Below are positions 25,816 through 35,185 of a stretch of 64,000 nucleotides of DNA, piece by piece. Within the stretch, counting starts at the first letter, position 1. Every line of letters begins with the position of its first letter. Made by a program: the position numbers and the translations under genes. Origin of the DNA: a virus; IMG/VR virus record IMGVR_UViG_3300036832_000855, positions 1 through 64,000 of that record, one strand, 5' to 3'. The notes beneath the pieces were generated by a model. The model saw nothing but the letters and a program-made list of their open reading frames with translations. It was not told the origin of the DNA and made no database searches.

Positions 25816-26054
25816 GCGACGGCCTCCAAGGTCTCCAGGAGTGCGCGCACGCACGTGGCCTCCTCGTGGAAGTTGGCGTCGGTCAGGGCAGCGGCGGCCA
25901 CCGCTAGCAGCGCGGCGCCGTCGAAGTCGAAGTAGTGCGCAAGCAACACGCCGCACGCCTTCTCGTCGTCGATCTGGTCGAGTATCTCGGGCCGGAAGGA
26001 CTCGCGCTTCTGAGCGTCGATCAGTCCGGCGAGCACGTTCTTCTTGACGCTCAT
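25812..26054 (-). CDS. hypothetical protein
   Basis: Coupled start with GGAGG RBS. Confidence 0.65.
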   Translation of the reverse strand: MSVKKNVLAGLIDAQKRESFRPEILDQIDDEKACGVLLAHYFDFDGAALLAVAAAALTDANFHEEATCVRALLETLEAVA

Positions 26055-26482
26055 GCGTCCTCCTCCAGGTCGAAGTACCGGCCGATCCGCGGCTCTTCGA
26101 ACCGCAGCTCGTCGAACCGGGCCTTCGCCGCTGCGTAGAACTCGCGCAGGCCCTTCTCGCTGTAGCGCCCCACCGGCTCGGAGCGGTCGAGCCCGAGCCC
26201 CTTGAACAGGGTGAAGCTCTGCGACGTGCCGATCGGGTTGCCGTCGCGGTCGAGGATCGTCTCCTCGGTCACGCGACTGATCGACGCGCTGTAGCTCCGC
26301 GGCGTGGTCCGGCCGCTGAAGTAATTCGGCCCGCCCTTGTCGTAGCCGACTCGGAAGCTGGCGAAGATCCGGCGCTCGGCGCCGTCCCGCCCCTCGTGGT
26401 CGGTGCCGATCAGGTAGTCGGCCTTGATCGTCCGCGCGCTCTTGTTGAACGTGACGCGCGGCTCGGTGGTCATGGTGGTCAT
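26051..26482 (-). CDS. hypothetical protein
   Basis: Exact CCGACCGAGGAG at 26487-26498. Confidence 0.75.
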   Translation of the reverse strand: MTTMTTEPRVTFNKSARTIKADYLIGTDHEGRDGAERRIFASFRVGYDKGGPNYFSGRTTPRSYSASISRVTEETILDRDGNPIGTSQSFTLFKGLGLDRSEPVGRYSEKGLREFYAAAKARFDELRFEEPRIGRYFDLEEDA

Positions 26483-26679
26483 GCTTCTCCTCGGTCGGTG
26501 GTGAACTCGATCTCTGCCGGTTCGAGCGTCTGCTCCAGCAGCTCCGCGCATCGCGCGCAAGACAGGTAACCGCCGAGCACCGGATGGCGGCAGGCGCCCT
26601 CTGCCGGGCGGTCGCACCGCGCGAACGCCTGGCATGCAACGTTGTCGCTGGCCTCCAAGATCTTCACGGTGGTGGTCAT
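26479..26679 (-). CDS. small Cys-rich protein
   Basis: Exact CCGACCGAGGAG at 26684-26695. Confidence 0.7.
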   Translation of the reverse strand: MTTTVKILEASDNVACQAFARCDRPAEGACRHPVLGGYLSCARCAELLEQTLEPAEIEFTTDRGEA

Positions 26680-26894
26680 GCTTCTCCTCGGTCGGTGGCC
26701 TTGGCCTTCCTGGCCCTGGTCTTCTTCGGCGTGAGCGCCGTCACGCGCGCTCGGGCGTCCTCCTCGCTGGGGAACGGCTCGTGGTCCGCCATGCGGGTCG
26801 CGCCGGTCTCGTAGAAGTGGACGACCAAGTGCTGGCGCCCGCGGCGCCCCTTCGGATCGTGGACGTAGGCCACGCTCAGGGTCAGGTCAGGCAT
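26676..26894 (-). CDS. hypothetical protein
   Basis: Start MPDLTLS with AGGAG RBS. Confidence 0.6.
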   Translation of the reverse strand: MPDLTLSVAYVHDPKGRRGRQHLVVHFYETGATRMADHEPFPSEEDARARVTALTPKKTRARKAKATDRGEA

Positions 26895-27117
26895 CGGCCT
26901 TCTCCTGCGCCGCCACTGCCTGGCGCACCGTGTTGAAGCGGCCGTCGTAGACACGGTTGTGGTCGACGATGATGGTCTCGCCGTAGTACATCGAGCCCTT
27001 GTGCGTCGGCCGGACGCGGACGCCGAAGATGTTCACGTCGAGCACCTCGCACGGCCACACGCCGGATGCCTGGCCCTCGTCGAGCCACCAGGTCCAGCCT
27101 TCGATTGGCTTGATCAT
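26887..27117 (-). CDS. hypothetical protein
   Basis: Promoter 27151-27171 and exact CCGACCGAGGAG 27123-27134. Confidence 0.7.
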   Translation of the reverse strand: MIKPIEGWTWWLDEGQASGVWPCEVLDVNIFGVRVRPTHKGSMYYGETIIVDHNRVYDGRFNTVRQAVAAQEKADA

Positions 27118-27170
27118 CTTGTCTCCTCGGTCGGGGGGAGTTGCACTCTCATCATAGCACACGTCATGCG

Positions 27171-27749
27171 CTACGTGGGCAGGTACAGGCCCTGTGGGTT
27201 CCTGTCCGTCACCATGCCCAGGATGTCGATCGGCACGCGACCGGACAGGCCGGGCGTGTCGTCGATCGCCGCCAGAATCTCGGCGGCGGGCCAGCCCTGC
27301 ACCGGCGCGCGCGTGAGCACGCACCAGCCCTCGAAGTCGAGCGGGCCGAGTATGTCCAGGAAGTCGCTCGCGGCCCTGGAGAACGGCTCGCGCGGCGTCA
27401 GCTCGACGGCCGGGCCGGTCGGGCTCTCGGGCCTGCCCCAGCGCCAGATGAAGCCCTTGCCGTGCGGCTCGTGCCGGGCGTCACGGTAGGTGCCGACCCA
27501 GACGCCAGTGACGTCGTCGTCGTAGCTCCAGAGGGTCGGGTCGACGATCGTCGCCTTCTCGTCGTAGCAGTCGTGGCCAAGCACGAGCCAGGAGTGCTGG
27601 CCGTTCACGCCCATACAGAAGCCTCGCGCCACCCGGCAGGCGCCGAAGCGCCCGGAGCGCATCAGCTTCACGCTTGCGCCGTGACACTGGTTGGCCCAGC
27701 CGTCCAGCGGTGCCAGCACCTCGGCGGCTGCCAGCTCAGAAGGGATCAT
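27171..27749 (-). CDS. hypothetical protein (possible transglutaminase/papain-like C-H-D triad)
   Basis: NQCH...QHSW...IVDPT. Confidence 0.55.
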   Translation of the reverse strand: MIPSELAAAEVLAPLDGWANQCHGASVKLMRSGRFGACRVARGFCMGVNGQHSWLVLGHDCYDEKATIVDPTLWSYDDDVTGVWVGTYRDARHEPHGKGFIWRWGRPESPTGPAVELTPREPFSRAASDFLDILGPLDFEGWCVLTRAPVQGWPAAEILAAIDDTPGLSGRVPIDILGMVTDRNPQGLYLPT

Positions 27750-28128
27750 CGGGATGCGTCTCCACCGGCGGCTCGTGCTTGGGCGGCAGCGCGCGCGCGA
27801 GCGCGCCGACGGTCGCGTCGATCTCCTCCGCGTCGTACATGCGCTGCCCGGCGCGCCACATCTCGATCAGCTCGCGGGCGAGCTTGACCACCTCTTCGGG
27901 TGGCTGCGCGTCCGCCACCTCGGCGGCGAAGCGCCACGCCTCGTCCGGCGTCATCACAACGTGGGCGATCTGTGTCCAGCGCCCCTCGCCGTCGATCTCG
28001 CGGCCGATGCGCAGGACCGTGTTGCCGGACGGCGAGGTCTCGATCGCGCCGACCAGGTCACGCGGCTGCTTGGTGCGAGCCTCGTAGGCGGTGCGGTCGA
28101 GCCTGCGGCCGTAGGGCGCGTAGCTCAT
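27736..28128 (-). CDS. hypothetical protein
   Basis: Coupled ORF. Confidence 0.6.
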   Translation of the reverse strand: MSYAPYGRRLDRTAYEARTKQPRDLVGAIETSPSGNTVLRIGREIDGEGRWTQIAHVVMTPDEAWRFAAEVADAQPPEEVVKLARELIEMWRAGQRMYDAEEIDATVGALARALPPKHEPPVETHPDDPF

Positions 28129-28415
28129 GGCGTCACCCGGATCCGGGCGCGGAACGCCGCCGAGCGCGCGTCACGCGCCTCTGCGGCCTTGTCGCGAACC
28201 GGCGCCGTGCGGCCGGTCTTGACCAGCGAGTGCTTCGAGACGAGCCCGATGAAGTCGCCGTCGACGGTCTGGACGTAGACCATGCCCATGGTCCCGTTCG
28301 GCGGGCAGCCGTGCGGCTGGATCTTCTGGACCTCGCGCCCGGCGTAAGCCGTCACGCGCTTGTCGGTCCGGTCCATCAGCCCGGCTGGCTCCAGTCGGAA
28401 TACAGCGCGGTTCAT
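28125..28415 (-). CDS. hypothetical protein
   Basis: Promoter 28444-28464 and exact CCGACCGAGGAG 28421-28432. Confidence 0.75.
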   Translation of the reverse strand: MNRAVFRLEPAGLMDRTDKRVTAYAGREVQKIQPHGCPPNGTMGMVYVQTVDGDFIGLVSKHSLVKTGRTAPVRDKAAEARDARSAAFRARIRVTP

Positions 28416-28636
28416 GTCTCCTCCTCGGTCGGTTGCACTACAGAGTTTAGCACACATCTTGCGCTCCAGGCTTCGCGCATCGCGTCCTCGCGCGTGCGCC
28501 CGTCACCGTTGATGTAGCCGAAGTCCGGCCGCTCGACGTAGGCGCGATAGCCGCCGCCCTTGAGCTTGACCACCCAGCCGACGAGTCGGTCGTCGAGCAT
28601 GATCCGGCGGCGGCGGCGGAGGATCGGCTCGGTCAC
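28412..28636 (-). CDS. hypothetical protein
   Basis: Coupled ORF. Confidence 0.55.
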   Translation of the reverse strand: MTEPILRRRRRIMLDDRLVGWVVKLKGGGYRAYVERPDFGYINGDGRTREDAMREAWSARCVLNSVVQPTEEET

Positions 28637-28821
28637 TCGGTCTCCACCCGGATGCCGCCGATCGCGTTCTCGGCGCGCTGCTTCATGTCACGCAGCCCGT
28701 ACAGGTAGCCGCGCCGGAACTCCGCGAGCGCAACGCTCGCGACCATGTCGGTCAGCTTCGGGTCGATGCCGACAGCGTCGAAGATGATCTTCAACTGGTC
28801 GACGTTCTCGGGGGCGCTCAC
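28633..28821 (-). CDS. hypothetical protein
   Basis: Coupled ORF with GAGGAGG. Confidence 0.6.
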   Translation of the reverse strand: MSAPENVDQLKIIFDAVGIDPKLTDMVASVALAEFRRGYLYGLRDMKQRAENAIGGIRVETE

Positions 28822-29060
28822 TCGTCCTCCTCAGTCAGCTCGCCGCGCTCAAGGTCGAGCCGGTCGAACCTCCAGCCGGTGCCCTTCAGCGCGTCGGCGA
28901 AGAACTCCTCCAGCTCCATCGCCATGCCCTCGGGATCGTCGGCGCGGTACTCCTCGTTGATGAAGTCCCGCACCTGCTCGATCAGGTTGGCGCGGTGGGT
29001 TGCGGCGATCGTGCGTTCGATGAAGAACAGCTTCTCCGCTCGCGTCAGTTCTCGTTCCAT
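28818..29060 (-). CDS. hypothetical protein
   Basis: Exact CCGACCGAGGAG at 29066-29077. Confidence 0.7.
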   Translation of the reverse strand: MERELTRAEKLFFIERTIAATHRANLIEQVRDFINEEYRADDPEGMAMELEEFFADALKGTGWRFDRLDLERGELTEEDE

Positions 29061-29257
29061 CAGGTCTCCTCGGTCGGGTCGACGCCGTTGGCCTTGGCGC
29101 GCTTGAGGCACGCCTTGCACGTCGGAGCATCGGTGGTGGCGACCGCGCCGCTCACGGCGCGGCCCGTGCAGAACAGGATCGTGTACCACCCGGCGCGCCG
29201 GGAGGGCTCACCAAGGTGAACCTTCCCGGTGCCGTAGTTGGTCGCGTACCGCCGCAT
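29060..29257 (-). CDS. small Zn-binding protein
   Basis: KVH...C...CKAC. Confidence 0.6.
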   Translation of the reverse strand: MRRYATNYGTGKVHLGEPSRRAGWYTILFCTGRAVSGAVATTDAPTCKACLKRAKANGVDPTEET

Positions 29258-29889
29258 CAGGCCGCCCTCTTCTCGGCCTGCGCCCTGGTGAGCTTCTTGC
29301 CCGCGGTCCAGTCGACCGGCGCGCTCGGGAAGCACACGGTGCAGAGTGTCGGCCCCAGCTCGTCGACGGCCTCGGCCTCGGTCTTGCCCGACAGCTCGGG
29401 CATCCAGCCGTACGTGGTCGTCGGGTAGCAGGTCGAGCAGTGCATCGAGCTGTGGACGTGGCCCGCGCTCGACGTCACCAGGAAGAACCGTGACCAGCCG
29501 GTGTAGGTCGCTTCCAGCTTGTCGATCTCGGCCTGCTTCTCGAACCGCTCGGCGAGCAAGGCCTCGCGCTTGGCGAGTGCCTCGCCAGGCCTGTCGGCCT
29601 CGTAGGGCGCGACGCGGCCCTTCCACTCGTCCCAGTCGGTGCGCACCCAGCCGTCGGATTCGGTCACCTGGTGAGTCGCCTTGTACTCAGCGACTGCGCT
29701 CGCAGTGGCGGTCGCGATCTCGATGGCGTCGGCCAGCTTCATGTCAGTGACGCGCTGGCGCCCGCGGTAGTAGTACTTCGCGCCCGCTATGCGCAGCAGG
29801 TCGCTGGTGTTGTAGTCGATCCGCTGCCAGATGGCGTACAGCTCGCGCCACAGGGCGGAGAGCGCCATGTCGGTTTCCTTCGGTGTCAT
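29257..29889 (-). CDS. conserved actinophage-type Zn-binding protein
   Basis: WSRFFLV..GHVHSSMHCSTC...LCTVCFPSAP. Confidence 0.75.
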   Translation of the reverse strand: MTPKETDMALSALWRELYAIWQRIDYNTSDLLRIAGAKYYYRGRQRVTDMKLADAIEIATATASAVAEYKATHQVTESDGWVRTDWDEWKGRVAPYEADRPGEALAKREALLAERFEKQAEIDKLEATYTGWSRFFLVTSSAGHVHSSMHCSTCYPTTTYGWMPELSGKTEAEAVDELGPTLCTVCFPSAPVDWTAGKKLTRAQAEKRAA

Positions 29890-30053
29890 GCCTTCACCAC
29901 CTTGAGGTCGCCGGACTGCCCGAGCGGGCACTCGGCTACACCGTTGATGATGTAGTTGCGCACGTCTTCGCGGACGTCACCGGGCTCAATGCCGTACTCC
30001 AGCGCCCAGGCGCCGACGTCCACCTCGACGGTCATCTCGATTCGTACCTTCAC
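29886..30053 (-). CDS. hypothetical protein
   Basis: Promoter + hairpin + exact CCGACCGAGGAG at 30060-30071 before GTG. Confidence 0.7.
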   Translation of the reverse strand: MKVRIEMTVEVDVGAWALEYGIEPGDVREDVRNYIINGVAECPLGQSGDLKVVKA

Positions 30054-30059
30054 CTTCGT

Positions 30060-30120
30060 CTCCTCGGTCGGTGGGAGCGGGCCTCTCGCCCGCACGTACA
30101 TCATAGCACACATCATGCGT
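30060..30120 (-). promoter_or_regulatory. Promoter (TATGAT), 5' hairpin and CCGACCGAGGAG leader cassette
   Basis: GCGGGC-GAGAG-GCCCGC hairpin. Confidence 0.75.
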
Positions 30121-30470
30121 TAGGTCCAGTCGCGCGCGGCGGCCGCCTCGAACTCCTCGCGGGAGATCTCCTCGACGGCGTCGAGCGGCACGATGCCGGG
30201 TTCGCCGCGTGGCTCCATCACGGAGTAGCACCAGGCGGGAAACGCCCGGCGGCGCTCCCAGGTCTCGCGCTCCAACGGGTGGTCTTCTTTGAACTGCGAC
30301 GGGGCGCTGTACCCGTAGATCCAGATCTGCCGGGCGGGCGACATGTCGACGTAGAGCATGCCGCCGTACTCGAACGCTGGCTGCGGGTTGCCACCGTAGG
30401 CTCGCCGCCAGAACAGCGGCTGGCCGTCGTCGGCCCACTGCGCGTAGGGCTCTCGCTCGTAGTCGAACAA
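30120..30470 (-). CDS. hypothetical protein
   Basis: Probable TTG start; C-terminus CYSVMEPRGEPG..ISREEFE. Confidence 0.6.
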   Translation of the reverse strand: MFDYEREPYAQWADDGQPLFWRRAYGGNPQPAFEYGGMLYVDMSPARQIWIYGYSAPSQFKEDHPLERETWERRRAFPAWCYSVMEPRGEPGIVPLDAVEEISREEFEAAAARDWT

Positions 30471-30471
30471 C

Positions 30472-30678
30472 TCAGTACCACCCCTCGCCCGGCCGGTCCT
30501 TCCAGTGGACGCCGTACAGGCCCGCATACGGACCGGTCTCGGCAGCGTCGTTGGGCGAGTGAGCCGAGAAACCGGCCTCGCGCTTGGCCATGAAGAACGC
30601 CACGGCGTCCTCAGGCGTGGCGAAGTAGTCGACGCGCCAAGCGAAGCGCAGCTCAGACGTAACAGGTTCGGGGATCAT
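30472..30678 (-). CDS. hypothetical protein
   Basis: Exact CCGACCGAGGAG at 30684-30695. Confidence 0.65.
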   Translation of the reverse strand: MIPEPVTSELRFAWRVDYFATPEDAVAFFMAKREAGFSAHSPNDAAETGPYAGLYGVHWKDRPGEGWY

Positions 30679-30905
30679 TTGGTCTCCTCGGTCGGGGTGG
30701 GTGCGTCGACCAGCTCGACCGGCGTGTCCGGGTGAACGTACCGGTTGACCTGGCGAATGCCGTTGGTGGCGTCGATGCGGACCAGCCGCACCGGACCGTC
30801 GTCGTAGCCGTCGCGGACGAGGACGGTCTCGTACAGCGTGCGGCCGCCAACGATCCGGACCCACTGGTCGCCGTCGTAGCCGATCAGATCGAAGGCGGTG
30901 AGCAT
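30675..30905 (-). CDS. hypothetical protein
   Basis: Coupled start (TGATG). Confidence 0.6.
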   Translation of the reverse strand: MLTAFDLIGYDGDQWVRIVGGRTLYETVLVRDGYDDGPVRLVRIDATNGIRQVNRYVHPDTPVELVDAPTPTEETK

Positions 30906-31162
30906 CAAAAGTCCGGTGCGCTGATCCCGCGGACGCTCGCCCACTCGATCAGGTCGGAGTTCATCTCGTCTTCGAGGCGCACCTCGCGGGCGATCGGGGT
31001 CTCGATCTCGCGGCCATCGCTCGCGGCGATCCGGAGCACCCGCATCGAGTCCCACCCGGCGACGTTCAGCGCCGCCTTGCGCAGCGCGTCATCCGACGTG
31101 CCGCTGGGCGCGTCGAACAGGATCGTCTCGTCCGGCTCCCGGCATGTCACCGTGTATCGCAT
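30905..31162 (-). CDS. hypothetical protein
   Basis: CGACCGAGGAG at 31168-31178 and promoter at 31190-31210. Confidence 0.7.
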   Translation of the reverse strand: MRYTVTCREPDETILFDAPSGTSDDALRKAALNVAGWDSMRVLRIAASDGREIETPIAREVRLEDEMNSDLIEWASVRGISAPDF

Positions 31163-31216
31163 CTCGTCTCCTCGGTCGTGTCGTTACACATGGTAGCACA
31201 TGTCATGCGCTACCGG

Positions 31217-31402
31217 TCAGGTCGTGCCCTCGAACTGAGCGACGACCTCGACGTTCCAGCGCTCCCACTTCACGGTCGTCTGACCGTTGGTCCTGATCTT
31301 CACGATCAGGCGCCCGAACTGGGAGGAGCCGGTCACGATGCCGGTGTGCCCGGTCGTGAGGTTGCGGACGATGTCGCCGCGCCTGGCGTCGGCGCCGGTC
31401 AT
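31217..31402 (-). CDS. small SH3-like hypothetical protein
   Basis: Coupled start with GGAGG. Confidence 0.55.
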   Translation of the reverse strand: MTGADARRGDIVRNLTTGHTGIVTGSSQFGRLIVKIRTNGQTTVKWERWNVEVVAQFEGTT

Positions 31403-31620
31403 GTCGCATCCTCCCATCGTGTGTTCTCCAGGACCGTCTGGCCCTTGTCAGTGATTCGCCAGCGGTCGTGCAGGTTGCGCGACACAAGGCCGCGCTGCTC
31501 CAGTCGCCAGAGCACGTCGGAGCGCACACCCAGCCACTTGGCGGTTCGGCCGTTGCCGAACTCCAGGGACGAGAGCACGGTCCACTGGCGGCGCGTGAGC
31601 GGCCTGTCAGCGCGGCTCAT
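31399..31620 (-). CDS. small wHTH protein
   Basis: LTRRQWTVL...LWRLEQRGLV...WRITDKG. Confidence 0.65.
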   Translation of the reverse strand: MSRADRPLTRRQWTVLSSLEFGNGRTAKWLGVRSDVLWRLEQRGLVSRNLHDRWRITDKGQTVLENTRWEDAT

Positions 31621-31853
31621 GCTGCCAGCGCCCGGCTGAAGCCGAACGCCTCCTTGCCACGCACGTGCGCGGCCTCGGTCAGGGCCACCGCGTCGGCGTT
31701 GACCGTCAGGGTCTCGCCGTCGAGCGTGGTGAACTGGCGGAGCCTGTCGTCCTCGGTCACCGTCCGGCGCTTGAGCGCCAGACCGACATCCTCGGCGCGG
31801 CCGCGCACGGTTCTCGCCAGCCCGTTGGCCAGGTAGATCGTTGTCGCGTCCAT
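31617..31853 (-). CDS. hypothetical protein
   Basis: Promoter + hairpin + exact CCGACCGAGGAG at 31859-31870. Confidence 0.7.
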   Translation of the reverse strand: MDATTIYLANGLARTVRGRAEDVGLALKRRTVTEDDRLRQFTTLDGETLTVNADAVALTEAAHVRGKEAFGFSRALAA

Positions 31854-31858
31854 CGTGT

Positions 31859-31936
31859 CTCCTCGGTCGGGGGAGTCGCGCCCTCTCCGGGCGCAACTAC
31901 ATTGTACCACATCTGGCGCACGATGTGTGTTACCAT
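31859..31936. promoter_or_regulatory. Back-to-back promoters; minus-strand hairpin + RBS-motif cassette
   Basis: Minus TACAAT (31901-31906) then AGTTGCGCCC-GGAGA-GGGCGCGACT; plus TACCAT (31931-31936). Confidence 0.75.
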
Positions 31937-31942
31937 CCGCGC

Positions 31943-32299
31943 ATGCCAAGCCGCGAACAGCGACGTGCGACGTTCTTCGCCGACAAGTGCTGCGCTCAGT
32001 GCGGCGCCACGAAGAACCTGGAGCTAGACCACGTTGATCCAGCCACCAAAGACCCGAAACTCAAGCGGGCTGCGAGCTGCACGATCTGGGGCTGGAGCGA
32101 GGTTCGCCGCGCGACCGAGCTGGCGAAGTGCCAGGTGCTCTGCCAGCCATGCCACCGAGCCAAGAGCAGTCGGGAGCAGGCGGAGCGCCAACGCGCTCGT
32201 CCAATCGTCCACGGCAGATACACGAGCTACACCGGGCGCCGCTGTCGCTGCGGTCTCTGCAGCGCAGCGATGCGCGCGTACCAGCGAGAGCACCGCTAG
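31943..32299 (+). CDS. HNH endonuclease, leaderless
   Basis: CAQCG..LELDHVDP..KCQVLCQPCHRAK; C-terminal HG...Y...CRC..C. Confidence 0.88.
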   Translation: MPSREQRRATFFADKCCAQCGATKNLELDHVDPATKDPKLKRAASCTIWGWSEVRRATELAKCQVLCQPCHRAKSSREQAERQRARPIVHGRYTSYTGRRCRCGLCSAAMRAYQREHR

Positions 32300-32301
32300 C
32301 C

Positions 32302-34065
32302 CTACTCGTCGTAGTCGTAGCCGTCCTCGTACCCGTTCGCGTAGCCGTTGGCCTGCCCGTCGTGAAGCTGGTAGTCGCCGTCGCTGCGGCCCGGGCTGTA
32401 CTCCATCGTCTCGGGGTCGCGCAGCGTCGAGCGCTCGAACCCCAGCTCGGTCATCTCGTCGATCGAGGTGATCTCCTCGTGGTCGACCTGCTGGCGGATC
32501 CACCAGCACTCGTTCGCGACGATCGCGTACGTGAGCGCCTGCATCCAGTCGTCGGGCCCGTCGGCGCGATAGCGCACGTACACCCGGCCGACGTCGTTCT
32601 GTTCCACCGAGCGAACGTTCGAGCACATCTGCGCCACGAAGTCCGACGGCAGATCCTGCGGCAGGTACTCGCGCTGCGCGCGGATGCGCTCCTGGGCGGC
32701 GTCGATCGCCTCGGTGCGGCGGACGCTGGCGCGGCGCTGCTGGTCGTCGACCGAGAGCACGTCACGCTGGGTCTCGGTGCCGTAGCTGATGATGTACACC
32801 CGCCCGGCGAAGCGGTTCGCGAACGCCTGCGCCAGCCGGTTCTCGGGCAGGTGGTCGATCCCGGCCATGACCACCCGGAAGCGGTCCATCAGCTTCGCCA
32901 GCTCCTCGAAGCTGTCGACCAGGCCGAGGTACAGGCAGCGGCCCTGCGTCTCGGACGCCTGCTCGGAGACCCACACGTTCAGCGCGCGCACGCTCGCGAC
33001 GTCGACACCCATGATCACCGGCTTGGTGCCCTCGTAGCCGGTGAACTGCGTGTAGCCGCGCTGCGCGGCGGCGATCATCGCCGGGGTCAGCCGGGCGCCC
33101 TCGGCCTCCCACGGCTCGCCCAGGTCGCGGTTGAAGAACACCTGGCGCCGGTAGGCGACCTGCTCGCGTGACGCGGCGATGAGCGAGCTGACGACGTTCT
33201 CGCTCGGGAGGATCAGCTTGGTGACGTGGTAGCCGCGGGCGCGCCGGTCCGGGTGGGAGGCGACCCACTCGCCGTGAACGACGTTGAGCGGCCCCTTGCG
33301 GCACTTGCGGCAGATCCGGATCTCGCGCTCCAGGTCGATGTTGTCGGCCCACGTGAGCGCCTGCCATTCGCCGCAGCTCTCGCACTTGACTGTCCACTCA
33401 CGCTGGTCGGACTTGCGGTACTCCTTGTGGATCCCGTGGTCGGAGATGGTCGGAAAGCCGATCCGGCGGATCATCCCGAGCGAGTCCTGGCCGCCGACGC
33501 GGCGCTCGGCGATTGGGATGTGCGCCTGCACGAGCAGGTCGTGCTCGTCGAGGCACAGCGCGTCGGCGTCGATGGATTCGAGCCCGGCCTCGGCCTCGGA
33601 GCCGCGGAAGTAGATGATCCCCAGGCCGACTGACTTCAGCGTCTTGTTCTGCACGCTGGCGGGCGGCACGCGAGTCCTCAGGTACTCACCCAAGATAAGC
33701 GGCTTGATCCGGCCGTCCGAGAAGTCGAGCAACTGGCGCTCGCGGGGGAAGATGTAGAGCACGCGGGCGGCGTGCATGTCGGCCCAGCAGAGCGCCCACC
33801 GGACCAGCCAGGCGGAGATCCCGAGCTGCGTCGCCTTCATGACGACGACCTCCTTGTCGTCGAAGCCCTGCTCGTACAGCTCGCGCTGGAACGGCCAGCG
33901 CTCGAAGTTGAGCGGGCCCTTGGTCTCGGGCACCTTTACCGCCCATTCCAGGAAACTCGCACGCCGCTGCTCGTGCGCGGCGATGTCCGACTGCAGCGCG
34001 TCGAGGAACGCGTCGGTGACGGTCAGGCGGAAAGTCTCGCGCGGGTCAAGCCTTAGCGGTGACAC
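32302..34065 (-). CDS. terL: terminase large subunit (lambda GpA-like)
   Basis: KATQLGISAW Walker A, LCLDEHD Walker B, CESC/CRKC Zn motif, MGVDVA nuclease motif. Confidence 0.92.
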   Translation of the reverse strand: MSPLRLDPRETFRLTVTDAFLDALQSDIAAHEQRRASFLEWAVKVPETKGPLNFERWPFQRELYEQGFDDKEVVVMKATQLGISAWLVRWALCWADMHAARVLYIFPRERQLLDFSDGRIKPLILGEYLRTRVPPASVQNKTLKSVGLGIIYFRGSEAEAGLESIDADALCLDEHDLLVQAHIPIAERRVGGQDSLGMIRRIGFPTISDHGIHKEYRKSDQREWTVKCESCGEWQALTWADNIDLEREIRICRKCRKGPLNVVHGEWVASHPDRRARGYHVTKLILPSENVVSSLIAASREQVAYRRQVFFNRDLGEPWEAEGARLTPAMIAAAQRGYTQFTGYEGTKPVIMGVDVASVRALNVWVSEQASETQGRCLYLGLVDSFEELAKLMDRFRVVMAGIDHLPENRLAQAFANRFAGRVYIISYGTETQRDVLSVDDQQRRASVRRTEAIDAAQERIRAQREYLPQDLPSDFVAQMCSNVRSVEQNDVGRVYVRYRADGPDDWMQALTYAIVANECWWIRQQVDHEEITSIDEMTELGFERSTLRDPETMEYSPGRSDGDYQLHDGQANGYANGYEDGYDYDE

Positions 34066-34306
34066 TGGTGCTGAGCGCCCTCAGGTGGTACTCGCAGTAC
34101 GCCTCGCGCGGCGCGGCGCACTCGGTGCAGCTCGCCCAGTCGCACTTCTTGAACATCGTGCGGCGGCGGCGCTCGGGCGTCCGGCGGCGCTCCTCCTTGC
34201 CATCGTCGATCTCCGCGGCGATCGAGGCGAACAGGCTCCGGTGCGTCTCGCAGAAGCGCGAGCCGTTGGCGCGCTCAAGCGGACAGTGTGGGCTGCTGCA
34301 CCGCAT
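34046..34306 (-). CDS. small Cys/His-rich protein between terS and terL
   Basis: Two C-x4-C...C-x2-H repeats. Confidence 0.6.
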   Translation of the reverse strand: MRCSSPHCPLERANGSRFCETHRSLFASIAAEIDDGKEERRRTPERRRRTMFKKCDWASCTECAAPREAYCEYHLRALSTSVTAKA

Positions 34307-34844
34307 CGGCCCTCAGCGTGTCCAGGATCGCGCGTTTCATGTCCGGGGTGGCACCCTGCTCGGTCAGGACGGTCACGAGCTTGACGGCGAGCGTCTGGAC
34401 GTCCAGCTCCAGGCGCAGGGTGCCGAGGTCGTGCGGCAGGATGCCGGTGGCCTGCATCAGCTCGGCCGTGCGCGTCAGCGCGCTGAGCTGCGCGTTGATC
34501 GCCGCGATCTTCGTCGCGTCAGCCGCCGACTCGTCGGCCACCTCGGCGAGCTGCTCGATCCAGCTCTCCAGCCGGTCGAGCATCGAGTGCACGATCGCGA
34601 TCGGGTCGCGGCCCTGGTAGGTCGACTGGTTGTCGGCGCGCCACGCCGAGTAGACGTTCCTGCAGGCCGCGACGGTCAGGTTGTACTTCTCGGCCAGGTA
34701 CGCCCAGCTCTGGCCGCGCAGCCGGTCGCGCACCAGCTCGGCGTTGCGCTCCTCGCGCTCCTCGTCGGTCAGCCCCGGCTTGCGCCCGCGCTTGCGCAGG
34801 TGACGCTCGGTCAGGTCGTCAATCGAGCGGCCGTCCTCGTCCAC
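34275..34844 (-). CDS. terS: terminase small subunit (putative)
   Basis: N-terminal HTH (GQSWAYLAEKYNLT) plus helical body, upstream of terL; leaderless (TACGAT 6 nt before GTG). Confidence 0.65.
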   Translation of the reverse strand: MDEDGRSIDDLTERHLRKRGRKPGLTDEEREERNAELVRDRLRGQSWAYLAEKYNLTVAACRNVYSAWRADNQSTYQGRDPIAIVHSMLDRLESWIEQLAEVADESAADATKIAAINAQLSALTRTAELMQATGILPHDLGTLRLELDVQTLAVKLVTVLTEQGATPDMKRAILDTLRADAVQQPTLSA

Positions 34845-35185
34845 GGCCGCATCGTACCGGCGCTCAGATCACCACCGGGAGGCGAGCCATGTGTCGCGCT
34901 CGGCAAGCCGCTCGCGCTCGCGCTTGCCGCGGTCGGCCGTGAGGTCGACGCCGATGCCGCAGCGCAGGCACATGCCGCGGGGCGCGTCGTGCCCGAACAT
35001 GGCGCACGTCTGGGTCTTCGCGCCCGGACGTGGCATGCCCTGCCTGCGCAGCGCGAAGTAGTACGACAGCGTCTGGTACACGTCCAGCGCGCGCTCGTCG
35101 TAGTCGCCGAAGTCGGCGATCTCGGCGCGCAGCTCCTCGAACGGGTCCTCTTCCTTCTCCTGCGCCGACGGCTGCTCGGGCTCGG

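Noticed and set aside
24956-31870. CCGACCGAGGAG repeats as a CRISPR array or integron attC sites
   Set aside because: Only 12 nt long, irregularly spaced, always at RBS position, with no cas or integrase gene.
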